Shown here: positions 1-14,191 of the stretch, in pieces | How positions within the stretch are numbered: position 1 is the first letter of the stretch | How the letters are laid out: every line of letters begins with the position of its first letter | Source of the DNA: Catajapyx aquilonaris | Lineage: Eukaryota | Length of the DNA stretch: 62,851 nucleotides | Assembly (NCBI GenBank): GCA_000934665.2 | Contig: KZ538548.1 | Location: 1-62,851 of the forward strand | Direction of reading: 5' to 3' | The notes under the pieces: generated by a model | Database searches by the model: none | The model's input: the letters and a program-made list of their open reading frames with translations, nothing else | Told to the model about the DNA's origin: nothing | Position numbers and translations under genes: made by a program

Positions 1-61
1 ATGTAAGGTAAAAAATGGCCACTTTCTTACCCTCTCTAGAGAAGGTAACTGGTTAAGAGTG
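1..61. mobile_element. MITE family A, right arm (cut by window edge)
   Basis: Nearly identical to the right end of 55050-55337 (…ggttaagagtg|ta). Confidence 0.9.
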
Positions 62-2301
62 TAGTATAAAATGACATGTGACATGTATCAATTGCATAAA
101 TAGGATAAAGTGGTCAAAACAATTTCAGCCCTGTAGTACGCCACGCGAAAATCTCAGATTATAATATTTCCTAAAGACCGGTTGTATGAAAGCCCTAATT
201 TGTTGGCCTCTGTACACTGCATATAATTACCAGCATGAAAGGCATTCTCAAGCAAACTAGGTAATTGCTAATTAAGCCGTAATACCATTGTTATGAGGAG
301 CGAGAAAAAACCAGGCCACTCATTGTCAATTTGTCGAACATGCTCTAAAAAAACCTAAAGGATTTTTGGCGTAATAAGCAGTGAAAGGCTGAACATTATC
401 CGCTAGCAATACGAGCCCCGATCCGATTTTCAATTTTGGATATTAACAGCCTGCTTAGTTGATTATATACCCCGTTTTTTTTCAACTGACCATACCAATC
501 ACGATTTGGCTCCAGAAAAAAAACTGCTCCCAAAATCCACAGACACCACTACCTTTCCCGCCAATTAAACGGGGAACCCCCGATCCTTTTGTGATGTCAT
601 CCATTCTGAGGCTTCTGGTTGGAAAAGCAGTAGAATCACAAAACAGGCGATCCAATCCCCAAGCCTCAAACCGGAATGTAGAAGATAATTTGACTTTCAA
701 ATGTACGGGGTTGTTGGGGGGTTCCTAATCATACCCAGGCCATACCCTTTACCCTGGGACAAGAATGGGGTTGCGTTCAGAGGTTTGCATCGGGAATTAT
801 TATTAAGTTCAGGCGCCCTCGAGGCTCCTCCGTCTTTGCACCGCCGAAACTCCTCTGTCAAAACAAACAGATTTATCATGTGACCTAACTCGCGGCGGGT
901 TCTAATACGGGGGATTCTACGATGCAGATCCGTCTCAAACTAAGGCCTGCTACGGCATAAGTTGAGTATTAGTTTTGAGCTGAGATTGCATGCTGTGTTG
1001 GCGGGTATTAGTGGGTTAAAAGGGAATTGCTATTAGTTTCCGGGAGTTTCCTAATAGGAAGGTATTAGGAGAGTGCAGTACTTCTTGCTGGATAAAAATT
1101 GCAATACTGTCAAGAGGGGGATAGTCGTTAAACTTGTCGTACTGTAAGGTACATGAAGGATGAAAGTTTTGTGAGAGAACGAACCTCTCATGTAGGATTT
1201 ATGACGAGGAATAAGTCGCCATATTACAAGACCTGCAATTACCAGGTAGTTGTTTGATTCTATGCCATGCTACCCTTTGTTTATGGCTGATTGTTTATGA
1301 TCACCTTTATTGAACCCTACTTGAAAGTTTCATACTGACGTATATTGCACTCTGAATGATTTCTTACCATTATAAAGAGCCTGAGTGGAATTTATGTTGC
1401 AGAATGACGATCTTTTTTTCCATCGAAGAAAAATCTGTTGACATTGACACAACCTTTTTCCAAACCAGAAGTACGCCATTAAAAGGAAGCTAAAAGCAGT
1501 TCCTTGCTTGCAGAGTGCAAATTCCTTCTAATTTGAACTTGACGTCACTGGGCATCCTTAAATCCACCCTGCCTTTTCAAGCCTCAGCCAATTGCTGATC
1601 AGTCGGGCATGGCTCACTCCTTTCCACTTTCCTCGAGATCTCAGCAATATTGGCTAGGGCTTTGGGATTGGGCTGAGAGCAAGAAGAAGAAGGCTGTGTG
1701 GCAAAAGTGGGAGAAACTGTAATGTCAGGTATAAATTAGGTGGCACGAGCAAGCAACCTAGTACGGTTTGTGGGATGTCAGGGACCCAAAATGGAGTCTC
1801 TAGAACTAGTTACACAGGGTGATGCACTGCCAAAATGATTGGTTCAAGTTGTGTATGTCACAAACAAACTGGTTGGAAAAACTGGTAAAAATCAGCTGAA
1901 TGTAGCTTCACATGATTTGTAGGATACATTATCCTTGCATTAGTTTGGAGCCTGCTTGTATAGCCAGCCTTCCTATTTAAACTAGCTGAACACGTTTCAT
2001 ATTGCACTTGGTGTGGGGGAAATCTACAACACTAGGTCCCAAAACTACCTTCTCATCCGGAATAACAAGCGATTCCATTTTGTACAAGTGTGTCCTCTAA
2101 ATTCAGTCATGTTTTCCCACTCCTGATTCGAGGGTGGTGGAAACCTGCGAAATTTTCAGTTTAAAATATGTTCACCAAACTTGCGAATACACATAGCATA
2201 CTGAATTGCAAAACCAACTGTAACAGTGTTACTATGCATTATTTAGTAGCTCCCAACTGTTCATTTACACTAGTATTTTAAAGTTGAAATAATGAAGGTG
2301 C

Positions 2302-2380
2302 TTTTTATACCTTATAAAAATGGCAATAGTGATTTATACCTTATAAAAATGACTAGTGATTTATACCTTACAAAAATGAC
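2302..2380. repeat. Three copies of tttataccttataaaaatg (~27 bp period)
   Basis: Direct observation. Confidence 0.85.
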
Positions 2381-4648
2381 AACATGACAAGCACAACAAT
2401 AGCAACTCTATCTGTTCCCTCTAACACCACTAATTGACATACCCAACCGGCACTTAATCAACCACATAATACATAACTTATACCAGATGTAATTAGTTAA
2501 TTAACACACATGTCGGCAAATTTGTTGGTCATTATGATCCTATAAACCGTGGGGGCCCATATCGATTCATACCTGTGGGATTTTTTGGGGGGTTGAAAAA
2601 TCCGCTTATTTACGAATTAATTTACGTGGCTGAACAACAAAGTGGAACAAGTTTTTAGGCTGACAGAGATTTTGGCAGACTGAAGATGCTTGCCAAAATC
2701 CTTGCGAAAATGGTTTTTGCGAACATAATGAAATTCTCAGAGCTTTTCCCCGTAAAGAAAAGGGAAGGGGTTGGCGGAACAGCAAGTAATTAAAGTAGAT
2801 TTCGACATAATTTGGGGAGCGAATGGAAATGAGCTAATCCGGTGGGAAGGACCAGGGTTTTCCAAGGGTAATCTCGTTTGCTCCTCCTCTTTAATCCAAT
2901 CTCTAAGGGCTGTGTTGTGTAATTTTTGCCAGTGCTTTCCCCCCCCCCCCCCCCCNTGAGTGCAATGATTAGAGCCTATACTTCATCAATATGATCTAAG
3001 GTGCCTCAAGATTACTTTTTTTCCCAAGATAAGACCGAAGTTAGGCTCGGAGAAAAGCCAGGCAAAAGTTTCGCCTTTTTCACGAGACGTGAATGTGCAA
3101 ATGGGTTCTACTTTTTTTTTTTTTTTTTTTGCGAACTTACCTATACTTTTTCACTCTTTCGAAAAAGAAAAAGAAAATACATGGGGGGTAGATTTTTTGG
3201 CTAGGTCCTGGGGTATCCTAGCAGAAGATAAATTGCACCCTGGTCGAATCGGGTATCTCAGCCATCTTTGTTGACCAAAGAATGACTGCGCGAAATTTTC
3301 TGTCGGATGTGCCATTTTTTTCTATGGTGTCAACGCCCATTTTGATGGTAAGGTGGGCCAAAAATCGCATTTGAGATGATATCAATTTTGTCTACTTTGC
3401 CCACCCTATATATTGGGCCGAAAATAGCTGGTTTACATAGCAGCTATTATCAGTCGTAACAGCTGCTTACCCAGGACATATTTTTTTTTTGCATATTTTT
3501 AAATAGCTAGTTTCAATTGCACTATTTTTGGTGCGCTATCTTTTAGTCTTCTCTTCTGGGTGTCATGTAGGAGTGCCGACTGCCAAGAATTAATTGGCAG
3601 CGGAGCGTTGATGGGCTTGGGGGTTTTGTGATCCAGGCCAATCGATCAAGAGGAAGCCCCCAATTTGGGAGGCTGCACATGCCCACTTCACTCCCTGGGA
3701 ACTACTCAAACTTTTCCTCTTCTTTTTTCTGAAGAAAAGAAGAGAGCCGTTTCTTTGGGAATTGTCAAAAAACTCAACAAGTATTTTGGAAAAGGTGGGG
3801 GGCTAATCAACAAGTCGAAGGTGATTAGGGAGTTTCACATGCGTGATGGAGGATGGGAACTGGAGAAATTGAGCGAGCACTTCGTTATTGTATGGCAGGT
3901 TGATGAATGAAGCTTCAGGTGAATTATTGCCAATTTGTAGAAATAACTGCAGCCTCTGGGGGGGAAAAATTGTTGGAACTGAAGATGTGCAGAATTTTTA
4001 GCAAATTAATATTATTTAGCATACTAATGCCGTGACTCAGAATGGCCACCTGGCTAATTCGTTAATGGGAGTTAAAATGACGAATAAGCGTTTCCTCGTA
4101 CGCATGACGATTCTAGGGACAAACAATAAGCCTAATTTATGCAAAAGAGGTGCCTAATTACGCAGTCCTTATGTTTTGCTGCAAGCTTTAATTAGACGGT
4201 GGACTATAATTGAAGCTCGGGCTGCTCTGACTGACAACATCATTAGCCATGCATGCATCCCTTTAATATTAATGATCTGCAAAAAAAAATTCAAACACTT
4301 TTATGAGAGCTTATTCACAGCCCACCAAAAACGGTCCAAGCGACACTTGTGCTCTTTCAGTGCTGGGTTCTAAAAACACCGCGGTTCTAACGGCCCCGCT
4401 TGTAAAGGTTGCACCTCCCCAGTAACGACGTGTAACTGTCAGATTTAACTGTTTGCAACGGTCTCTACCGTAATGGTGCGGTAACGCTCGCACGTGTAAC
4501 GTCCTCTTCAACCGAAACGGTTTGTAGCTTATGATGCCAACGGGGCTTTTTAAAAAATTAGCGAATTTTGAATATTAGCGCATAGATATCAATTTTTAAA
4601 ACGCTTAATAGACGCAGCTATATGTTAGTTAGACTCGATACAGCATTA

Positions 4649-4965
4649 TTATGCGATTCACGAGTCCTGGCCTGTTAGGCTCCTCCCCTGTCCTCCGCCC
4701 TCTGAAGGCGAGGTTGCCGCGCCCGCGTCCGCCATGGCCTCACACGCCTGCCAGGAGGATGGGGAGAGCACTTGGCAGCAATGGATCGCATTGGGGGGGA
4801 CAACCAGGCCTGGAAATACGACGAACCACCTATCCCTTGTTGAGACCGAACCCCGCACAAATGGCTCCTACTCGCGAGAGAGCATTCCAGGCCTTATTTC
4901 TTCCGCCGCTGACAGTGGGGGGAGGTGGGTGGAGCCTAACAGGCCAGGACTCGTGAATCGCATAA
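4649..4965. mobile_element. MITE with ~35-bp perfect TIRs, TA-flanked
   Basis: ta|ttatgcgattcacgagtcctggcctgttaggctcc … ggagcctaacaggccaggactcgtgaatcgcataa|ta; GC-rich interior. Confidence 0.88.
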
Positions 4966-6168
4966 TACCAACCCCTATTGGTATTTTAAGGCTAATTAGT
5001 GTACTGAAAACGTATTATTTTTAAAAAAATGGCAACGCTGTGTCGGCCATAGGGTTGGAAATAATTGAAACTCTTGTCTCGTCCATTTCGACTATCTTCA
5101 TGAGTTTCCCTTTTCGACGACAAACAGCCAACTTTGCTGATGACCCCGGACATTCATACCGGCGGAAACTGTACGTGAGTGATAAGTGAGGCCTCATTAG
5201 TCCTCCAGAAGCAGTATTCAGATCTGTAAGAGCAACATGCTGTAATTGAAAGACAAAGCCCCGTCGACTCCAGACGCTTGTTTGGGTTTCGTCAAAGAAC
5301 AAGTCTTGCTTGCTGCTTTCGGAAGCCACTTGTTTTCCTTCCATTGCCCCTCTCCATTATCTGCTTTCTATTGATTGGCTTCAAGGCATCTTGGGTCAAC
5401 CCCAAGGAAGGCACCGGAACATTTTATTGGCGATCAATTTCTTGTGGAGGACAAAAAAAAGAAGAAAATGTTGCGAGGTAAGATAACACTGTTGGCGGCG
5501 GAGAGACTGATGCCCTTACTGACAATTTATTATTGGAGAACCGGATGGAAGTTGAGAGCCGGGTATAGGAAGAAAAAGGAGAACCGTATTTTAAAATTTG
5601 GGTGGAGAAAAATGGGGTTTAGATTAATGATGAAGTGTTATTTGTGGCTGGGAAGTTAGGTGGATTTTTTTTCCGTCAAATGTAACAAATTGGTTCGTGC
5701 TGGTTCGTTTATTGTGCAACTGTAACAATAATTTTCAATGAGCAAAGAAATGAAAATAAAAATAGATGAAAATTAAAATGAAATAAATAAAAAGATTAAA
5801 TACAATGCAATAAGTTAAAGTAAATAAATAATAAACACCCGAGGGGGGTTCATTAAAGCTTTCTCCTGACCAACTTCCCATGGACTGAGACAAACTAAAC
5901 TTGGCACATTTCTTAGCGTCCATCTCTACATAGCTACCTCCAAGAGTCACACACTTCTCGTAAAAGATAAAATAAATAATAACGAATAAGTAAATGAAAT
6001 GAAATGAAATAATAAAATAGTAGCCCATAACTAAATTTTAATCGTTGCACATTTTATCTTCCAATCCCTTCCAATCTTGATAGGAGTTCACCTTATCGTA
6101 CAATTTTACACAATTTGCATTCTATTTGTTTGTTCGGCTAGTACTTATTGTTATGATTAACACAAATT

Positions 6169-6409
6169 GAAGAGGCGGATTCCAAAGTTCCCTAAGTCCA
6201 TTTTTGTTGTTTTGAGAAATTTGAGTTATTATTGGTATCAATAACATGGGATTATATGGGATTTGAGAAAACTCTTTGCGCTTGGAGTTAGGGACATTTG
6301 GTGTGTTCTAACCTCAGGAGGAGGTGGGGAATACCATAAGCTACCAATAGATGCCATCAGCTCATTTTTCATGAAAATGGACTTAGGGGACTTTGGAATC
6401 CCACTCTTC
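6169..6409. mobile_element. MITE with ~36-bp TIRs flanked by AATT (possible Sola1-type AWWT target)
   Basis: aatt|gaagaggcggattccaaagttccctaagtccatttt … aaaatggacttaggggactttggaatcccactcttc|aatt. Superfamily assignment is inference. Confidence 0.8.
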
Positions 6410-6812
6410 AATTAAGGCCTGAAATTCAAAACACATTCGACTGATTACGATTTTTTTTCACAACGACCTGAAACGTCACCTCCACACTATTAAATGACCC
6501 AGCTAATTACCTCTGGTTGTGCACTCGTCAGATGCAATTACAGCCCTCCAAATAAATAGCTAGTACGTTTAATAAGCCTGCGGTAAATACACTGGTTAAG
6601 TAACCCCAAAGAAAGAAACACTGCGGTTTCGATGGTGCATAGTGGATGGTTGGTAATGATCCCTGGAACATTAAGCGAGCCCTAGAAACGGGTTGCTAGG
6701 ATGACGCAGTTGGCTGGCGACACAAGTCGTCGGATGGAGGTTTTGAGGGGGGTGTATCAGGGGGTGGGGGTACTTGGAATCGATCATAGGACGAGAGGCA
6801 AGAGGAAGCTTA

Positions 6813-6816
<4 letters not shown>

Positions 6817-6863
<47 letters not shown>

Positions 6864-6883
6864 CTCTCTCTCTCTCTCTTCTC
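6817..6883. repeat. (CT)n microsatellite
   Basis: Direct observation. Confidence 0.97.
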
Positions 6884-9800
6884 TTTTCATCGGGAATTTA
6901 TTATCTTGGCCGCTCACCAGAATGCAATTCCTGCTGCCCCGCTTCCATTTCCTCACCAACATTGTTTCACGCCACGATTTATAAGACCTTTACTCAAATT
7001 CTCTTTCGCTGCTCTGAGTTTTACGTATTAAAAGTCATATCCGCATGCTTTCACTTTTAGAGAGAGAGAAAAATTGAGAGAGAGAAATTATTAGGGTGGG
7101 GATATTTCAAAATTGGAATTACTAATCTGATTGGGTTTTTTTTTACCTGGTGAGGTACTTCATCCATGCAGTGTGCTATTCATAGTCTTTGGAAAAAAAA
7201 TGGGCTGGATTTTTGAAGGGTGCTTTTCATGTTATAAATGGCTTTTTTCCGCAATTCTGAGTTTCATTAAGGTACTGATGAAAGATCGTTTTTGCAGCCA
7301 TTTTTGGGATTACATGCTCATAGCACGTTTTGAATTGTTCAATCCAGATACTATGTCGTGATTGTAGCTTTTGCACCACGTTATGTTATAAATAGTCAAA
7401 AACCGTATACGTTTTGTAGAAAGACAGGTTGACAGCATATCATATTAGCACTGTCGTCTCTCGTAATATGTAACAGGCACGCACATTTTTAACAAACAAA
7501 AACGGAATTGCTTTGATAAACACCCTCGCGAGCGGCTTAAAACGCCAAAGAATATCACGCATACTTGCATGCAAAAACATGAACATTGCAATTTTTCCCT
7601 CTCATCTCCGGTATATTACATCACATCTCTCTTTTCCTTTTAAACTCGAGGGAACGTTTGATATCCTGTATAAAATCACTTATGCTTGTCTGGCTACATT
7701 ATAGGCCAGGCAGTTTCTCATACATCAAGCCCCACTTTTAGACTCCCTATTTTCTTCAAAAAAAAAGGTCTTTGTAGCATGCAGGTAAAATAAAATCGGA
7801 TGCAATTGAAGGAGGTGGAGGGGATGAGTATTGGATGAGCTGTCCTCTTTTTTGGGGTGGGGAAAACCCAAAGGGTGTTCTTTCTCCTAAGCCAAGGCTT
7901 GGGGCCAGTTCTCCCAAAGCACCCTTCCTCCTCTTTCAATCTCATGTTGAATTCATGCGATGGGAAAGTTTGACCAAATCTCATTCGCCTCTCAAGGCAC
8001 GACAATAGTCGTTCCCTCACGGGTCAAATTGATAGTGGCAAGTACACCCCAAATTATATCGATACATAAGCGAAAATCAAATTTTTGATTGCATGCAAAA
8101 TAAAACTTGAGCCTCATTTTGGATGAGCCTAATTATTCCCAGGTCTGCTGTTACAATATGCCCTTAGAAGCGGGCGTACTTGATCCAGGTCTTGCTTTAT
8201 GGGCCCAGCTTCCTTGCGTGGATTCTGCTTCAGCTTAGATCCGCTGGAACTGTACCCGTGGATGTCTCTGGGTTATAAAAGCTTCTTCCTTCCCCCCGTG
8301 CGGAAATTTACCTTAATTGGCCCTTGGGAGCACTTGCCCAAAACCAGCTCTCTTATTGTGTGCAGGATTTTTCCTTATGGGGATCCTAGTGTTGCATTTT
8401 TTATTGGATCTGTTTTTTTTCTGTAACACCTTGCACCTGAGCCAGCGTTGACTTTAATGGACACTGGCATTGCCCAGGAAGTTTAAAGTCACGACACCTT
8501 GTAATCTGTGACAAAAAGGGGATGTGGACTTGACATAATCGTGATGTGCTGTGCAAGCTGACCACCACATGCTCCGGAACATTGTCGTCTCCGGTACTGC
8601 TTAGTGCTTCATGTAGTGCCCACAGAGGCGAATATCCGACATACAGTGGCACTCACACGAGAAGGCAGCAGACAGGTTGAGGACTGGCAGATAAAGTCCT
8701 GCTGACACGCCCGTTTCCACCTTCACACTTCCCTCAAGGCTTTAATCTGATTAATCACGCCAACGTGCTAGGAAGTAGGAGACGTAAAAGGAAGTTAGGC
8801 TAATGTGAAATAGTGCGGGAGAGCTGGAATAAGGTCGACTGAAAGCTGGAGGAAACTCCTGGAGAAGAGAATCAGGCTGGAGACTGGTCGATCATACAAA
8901 CCCTTCCTAAAGAAAAATTCAACGAAACTTTTCGACATTGTTGCATCAACCACACTGTTCATCTGGACCATTACTAAAAAAACACTGAAGCAACGTCACC
9001 ATAGTTGACACATCAGGCTGGGAAAACGTCAAATATTTAACAGACTTAAAACCGAATCGAGAGGACATTGAGAGAAAGTAAAGGCAAACGTTTTGGACGA
9101 CTCTTGATGGCGACAATGCCCTCTGGGTATCACAGCAGATGGACTGGATTGAAGCGTTGATATTATATTATAGCTACGGAAAGCGAACAAATATTGTGAC
9201 ACCGGATCCTTGAGCTAGCAAACGAAAGGTTAAAAGCCAGAGCTGGGGGGTTCATTTATTTAGCTAACGAAGTGGTCAAACAACTGAAATTGAGTCGAAA
9301 TGGAGAATTCCAATGAGAGTTGTCAGGCTTAATTAGTTGAACTCTGCTGGGAGGGCAAGAGGAAGAAAATCACCTGATTTTAGGTCAACATCTAAATAAC
9401 CCTTCGTTTGTCAAATCTCTGAGCTTAGCTCTTAAAGTAATGAGAGTCATTCATATCAAAAGTAACAATTGTTGCTAATAAATTATCAGATTTTATTTTA
9501 CAAAATTACTTAGTGGCAATACTGTACGACCTCGCCCATTGTTAATAGACTTTATATCAAAGACTAGTTTATATCAAATTCCCTTTATGTTTTTCAACCG
9601 GATTTTAAAACCCAGCTCTTGATTTAGAGAGCGAAAAATATTCTGCGAGGATCCCCCATGAATATACTCCAGCTTGACTGTCAATGGAGCCGCTGAAGCC
9701 AAACACGAACATTTTTCCGGCCATAATAGCACTAGATGACCTATGTAGCGACAAGGGAGAGGGTGGGGAAAAAAACCAGTGAGAAAAAAAAGCGAAACGA

Positions 9801-10850
9801 AGTGGCTTGGAGTCTGTTTCCTGAGTGTGATGGAAGTGTGGTGGTAGGCCAAGGGGACACTGAGAGAGATATAAACTAATTCATCTACTCGGACTGGAAG
9901 GGTTTTTTTGTCGTTTTAAAGAGGAACTGGCAGATGGAGGTGGGAGGCGACCTAGGCTCATGACCCCATGTCGACAGCATTTCAATCACGTTACTCCGAC
10001 GCCCATTACTACTGGTTCTATGACATACTTGACCTACACAGGGTTTTAATAAAATACAATGTATTTTCATTAATATTACGTCAGAAAACGTAATTTGCTA
10101 CTGAATGTGGAATCATAAATCTACGTCACTGAACCAACTTCTACTGCACTAAATTTAGCAACAAATTGGTAATTGCCTGCCAAGGGAAGCTAGAGTCACT
10201 ACAAGATTTGTGGGCCCCCCAAAATTTAAGGGGAAATCGGGGGTTCCTCGTAACTCTTCCCTCCCAGGAATTCAGCCAGTCCAAGGGTGACGTTACCTAA
10301 GTTCAAATTGGTTTCATTTAGCCGTCCAACTTGCTGAGTCTCCACCAAGTTTGGGGCGAAGACCCTTTCTCTCCTCTGGTGTACAAACTTTGCTATTGAA
10401 TACTGCAGTGTATATCCAAGGGTATAAAGTCCGATTTAGTCTAGGGGAAAAAAAGTTGAAGAGGGGGGGAAAGAAGCAAAGATGCCTAAAAAGCACCAAT
10501 TTAGAGAGTTATTCCTGTCTTTCTTTTGGAGATATCCCCGCAAGGAGATGGTCCATTAGGACATGTCCCATTTGGAGTGGGAGGCCAGATTGGTATGGAA
10601 ATAAGGAAGGAAGCCCTAGGAAAAAGAGGAAAGAAAGTAACAAAAAAAACAGGATTTAAGGTTGGAAGGAGATAAGCGTTCTTCATCTCCTTAATCCTGC
10701 AATCGTGGGACTCATTTCCGTTCCGCCATCGACCTAGGCTGTAATCGAGGCTTTGGGATTGCAATGGCGTAAATCACCTTTCTGGAAACCTGTTGCGAAG
10801 TTATTCTGCCGAGAACATAATTATAAAAAATGTAGCGGATTTTCATCCCT

Positions 10851-11179
10851 GTGTGCCTAACCTTGGTTAGATTAGGTTAGGTTAGGTTAGATTAGGTCAG
10901 GTCAGATTAGGTTAGATTAGGTCAGGTTAGGTTAACCAAATAACCTAACCTAACCTCCCATTGGTGTGTGTGCCTAACTTTGGTTAGATTAGGTTAGGTT
11001 AGATTAGGTCAGGTCAGGTTAACCAAATAACCTAACCTAACCTAACCTCCCATCGGTGTGTGTGCCTAACCTTGGTTAGGTTAGGTTAGGTTAGATTAGG
11101 TCAGGTCAGATTAGGTCAGGTCAGGTTAGGTTAACCAAATAACCTAACCTAACCTAATCTAACCTCCCATCGGTGTGTG
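10851..11179. repeat. Three tandem units of (TTAGG/TCAGG/TTAGA)n followed by inverted (CCTAA)n
   Basis: Each 90-120 bp unit: gtgtgcctaac…(ttagg)n…ttaaccaaat(aacct)n cccat.gg. Confidence 0.9.
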
Positions 11180-14110
11180 TTCCAAACGAATTTGATTCAT
11201 TACATAATTTATCTATCAAAGGCTACATCGACCGTCCCTATTACGTAGCAAGTGCTGTACAGCACGTGTCTACAATGCATTTGGACTCGGTTCTGGCAGA
11301 CCAGTCAATTTCCCTGGGTTTCTGGTTGGGACGGGCTTTTGCAAATGAAGAGAAGCGGATTAAAATAGGCCTGTGTGACAAAAAGCAAGGCCTGCCTGCC
11401 CCAGTTTCCACCAAACTCACCTGCCACCTGCTAATCCCGCAGGCTCTCTCCCTAATTAATTCCCGCCTCTACCCAGGGCGGCCCTTCAAAAACCATTACG
11501 TCTAATCCACACAGTGGACTTTCAAGTGCATAAATCTACACAGCACCTAGCATGCATATTCTTGAAATACAGTTGGCAAGAATCCCAATTTTTGTTTTAA
11601 AAAATCAATATGGCAACAAGTGATATGCAAATCAATTCAATTTGCATTTCCTGTACAAGCCGACAAGGGTTTCATCATGTATGGTAAAATGACTAATGAT
11701 TTTATTGCGAGTCGTCCCGACGGGAATTTTTTTGAATGAAAATATCGATTCTTGAACTTGTAATTTAATGGTAACCAGCCACTTCATGTGTCACGCGAGT
11801 CCCAATTTTTTTGAGGGGGGAATGTTTGCGTGATGCTTCAATCATCCTTAATTATCAGCATCAATCCGCACACCTAACCCTACCACAACATGCCAGAGAA
11901 TGTGATTGAGAGATATTCATGGCTTTTCGCTTGCAAGGCATCCCTTCACACAACTATGCAGGAATGCCAATCAGAATATTGGTCAGGGTTTGAAATTTGC
12001 ATGTGGTTTAGTACAGTAGCCAATGTGCTTAACTGCTTAAGTTCTTTATTCGTTAGCGATTATTTGGCACTAACCTGCTAATTTTAAATTAGTTATAAAA
12101 ATACAGCTAATAACAGGAACCAACTTGGCAATATTTGGCAAAAATGCGAGTGGGAGGGGGGGGGGGNGGGGGGGGGGGAAAGGGACCCGCACCAGGCAGC
12201 AGCATCGAAGCGACATTCGACGGTGAAGTGCAGTAGTAAGCGAGTCGCCACCCAGGAGGTGGCGCCCTGGCGCCCGGAACGGGGGAAATGGGAATTCCGT
12301 GGAACTGCCGCGGTCGTTTTTTTTGCGTTTTTTTTTAAAGTTTTACAAAGTCTCTCCGCACAGTTTCCAAAAAACAAAAGTGGTTTGCAAATATAGAAAA
12401 CACGGGCAAAATTTTTGACGCCACTCCCAAAGCTGCAGGCCGTACTGTACGGTGCGGGAGGAGTTATGGGAACAGTCGGCTTTTAATAATATATATTATA
12501 GCTGTTAGCTGACTTTTAGCTGATTATGCTGCCTGCAGATGCAATAAAGCTTGTGGAAAATTGCTGAAAGTGTGTGCCCGAATTTATACGCGTATATCCT
12601 ACAGTTACACCACTTGTAAATACTAGTAACTGCTAGTAACAGTCTTGCTTACGCTCGTAAATTTAGAGAATGGTGGGTGGTAAGTTATGTATGGTAATGA
12701 TATGACAATGACCTTATTCAAAGTACGTCGCCCCCTGCTAGAGAGGGGGTGATAGACTTTAAGTGCGGGGGTGCAATTTGGCTTTTACAATGCTAATGTA
12801 GGGTGTACTTAAATGCAATAGACCGGAGCTCCCATTGGAATTTGCTGCTCTGACTCTTGCGGCACAAAAAAAGACTTCAGGGGAAAAAATTATCCTGGTT
12901 TTTTGGAGTGGTCTGGAACCGTCGAGAAGATATAGTGTTCTAATAAAATCGCCCTTTAAAAAGATCCGCTCACTTTCCAGAACACTTTCACTTATTCGAA
13001 TTCACAGTTGGTGCGAAAGTGGGTTAAATTATAGTACTTTTTGGGCACAAAATGTAGTTTATTATTATCATCCTGATTTATTTTGTAAAACAAGATATGA
13101 AAGGATGATTCTAGTAGACTTTTTCTCATTTACTGGAAGTGGCCGGTGTTGAATCTGAATCCAAAAACCGTTTAGGGGCTGATACTGTCTTGTCCACTGA
13201 CGCCATTTTTGATTGCACTTTTAAATATTTTAACAGATAGTGGACCATAATGTCGCACATAAAATTTTCCGCCACATTTTCTATTAAAACTCATTTCCCA
13301 GTAAAACAACCATTTTGAGTGCATAAAGAACGCCATCTGTTGACACGCACGACATCCCCCCCGTGATATATATTTGACCCAGAAGTGTGTTGCTGGCATA
13401 GTAAATAAATCGTGAAGACCCACCCCTGCAGGGAAATGCTTTAGAGCAGGGTTCTGCAAACCTCTCGATTTATTTAACACCCGCTAGTGTCGTCAGTACA
13501 GGGTGATTCAGAAAGTCCCCACTGTGTTTCGAAAATGTGTTTAAGAAAATCGGTTGGGTGGATGTTGAATTTTGAGTTGAGCAAAGATGTCGTCTCGTCT
13601 GGGAACCGACATCTGCCAAGCATTAGTCCCGCTTGGCCTAGTCTCCCTTTCCGCACTGGTGGCTGGTATTGTGATGAAGCTTTCCAACACTGGAAGATGT
13701 CACCTCGAGAAGAAGAAGAAAAAAATCTTAGCACCAAAACCTCTCCGACCATGTCTGAGCTGGTTACAAGTTGGTGATGTTTGGGTTTGTACATCAGGAT
13801 CTACTTATCCGGTCGTGTGTCCACACTATAGGCGATTCATTTTGGTCATTTTTTGAGAGCAAAAATGGTGACCTGTCAGGTTGGCTGAACAAACGACTCA
13901 GTGGCTCTCATTATGCCCTTCACTCTTGACAAATTCAATGAAATCTTGATGAGATGGACTTTTGCTTTGGGGCCCAGGGTGATACATATTTGAAAAGGGT
14001 TACACAGAGTGGCTACCATATTAATGCTCAGTTGGCTCGGTTTGGAGGGAATGGTACTAAATTAAAGTACTGTATATCAAGTCGGGACAGAATTTGTTTA
14101 CATCTGATGT

Positions 14111-14191
14111 TCGCTGACCAGCATGATCGCTGACCAGCATGATGGTCGCTGACCAGCATGATGGTCGCTGACCAGCATGATGGTCGCTGAC
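14111..14191. repeat. 19-bp minisatellite (tcgctgaccagcatgatgg) x~4.5
   Basis: Direct observation. Confidence 0.92.

Noticed and set aside
5137..5180. Hammerhead ribozyme-like CTGATGA…GAAAC
   Set aside because: Stem II closes with C-G plus a mismatch, and there is no NUH cleavage triplet with valid stems I and III.
12268..12285. tggcgcccggaacggggg as a Lys3-type PBS
   Set aside because: Needs an indel and mismatches, and there is no LTR context.
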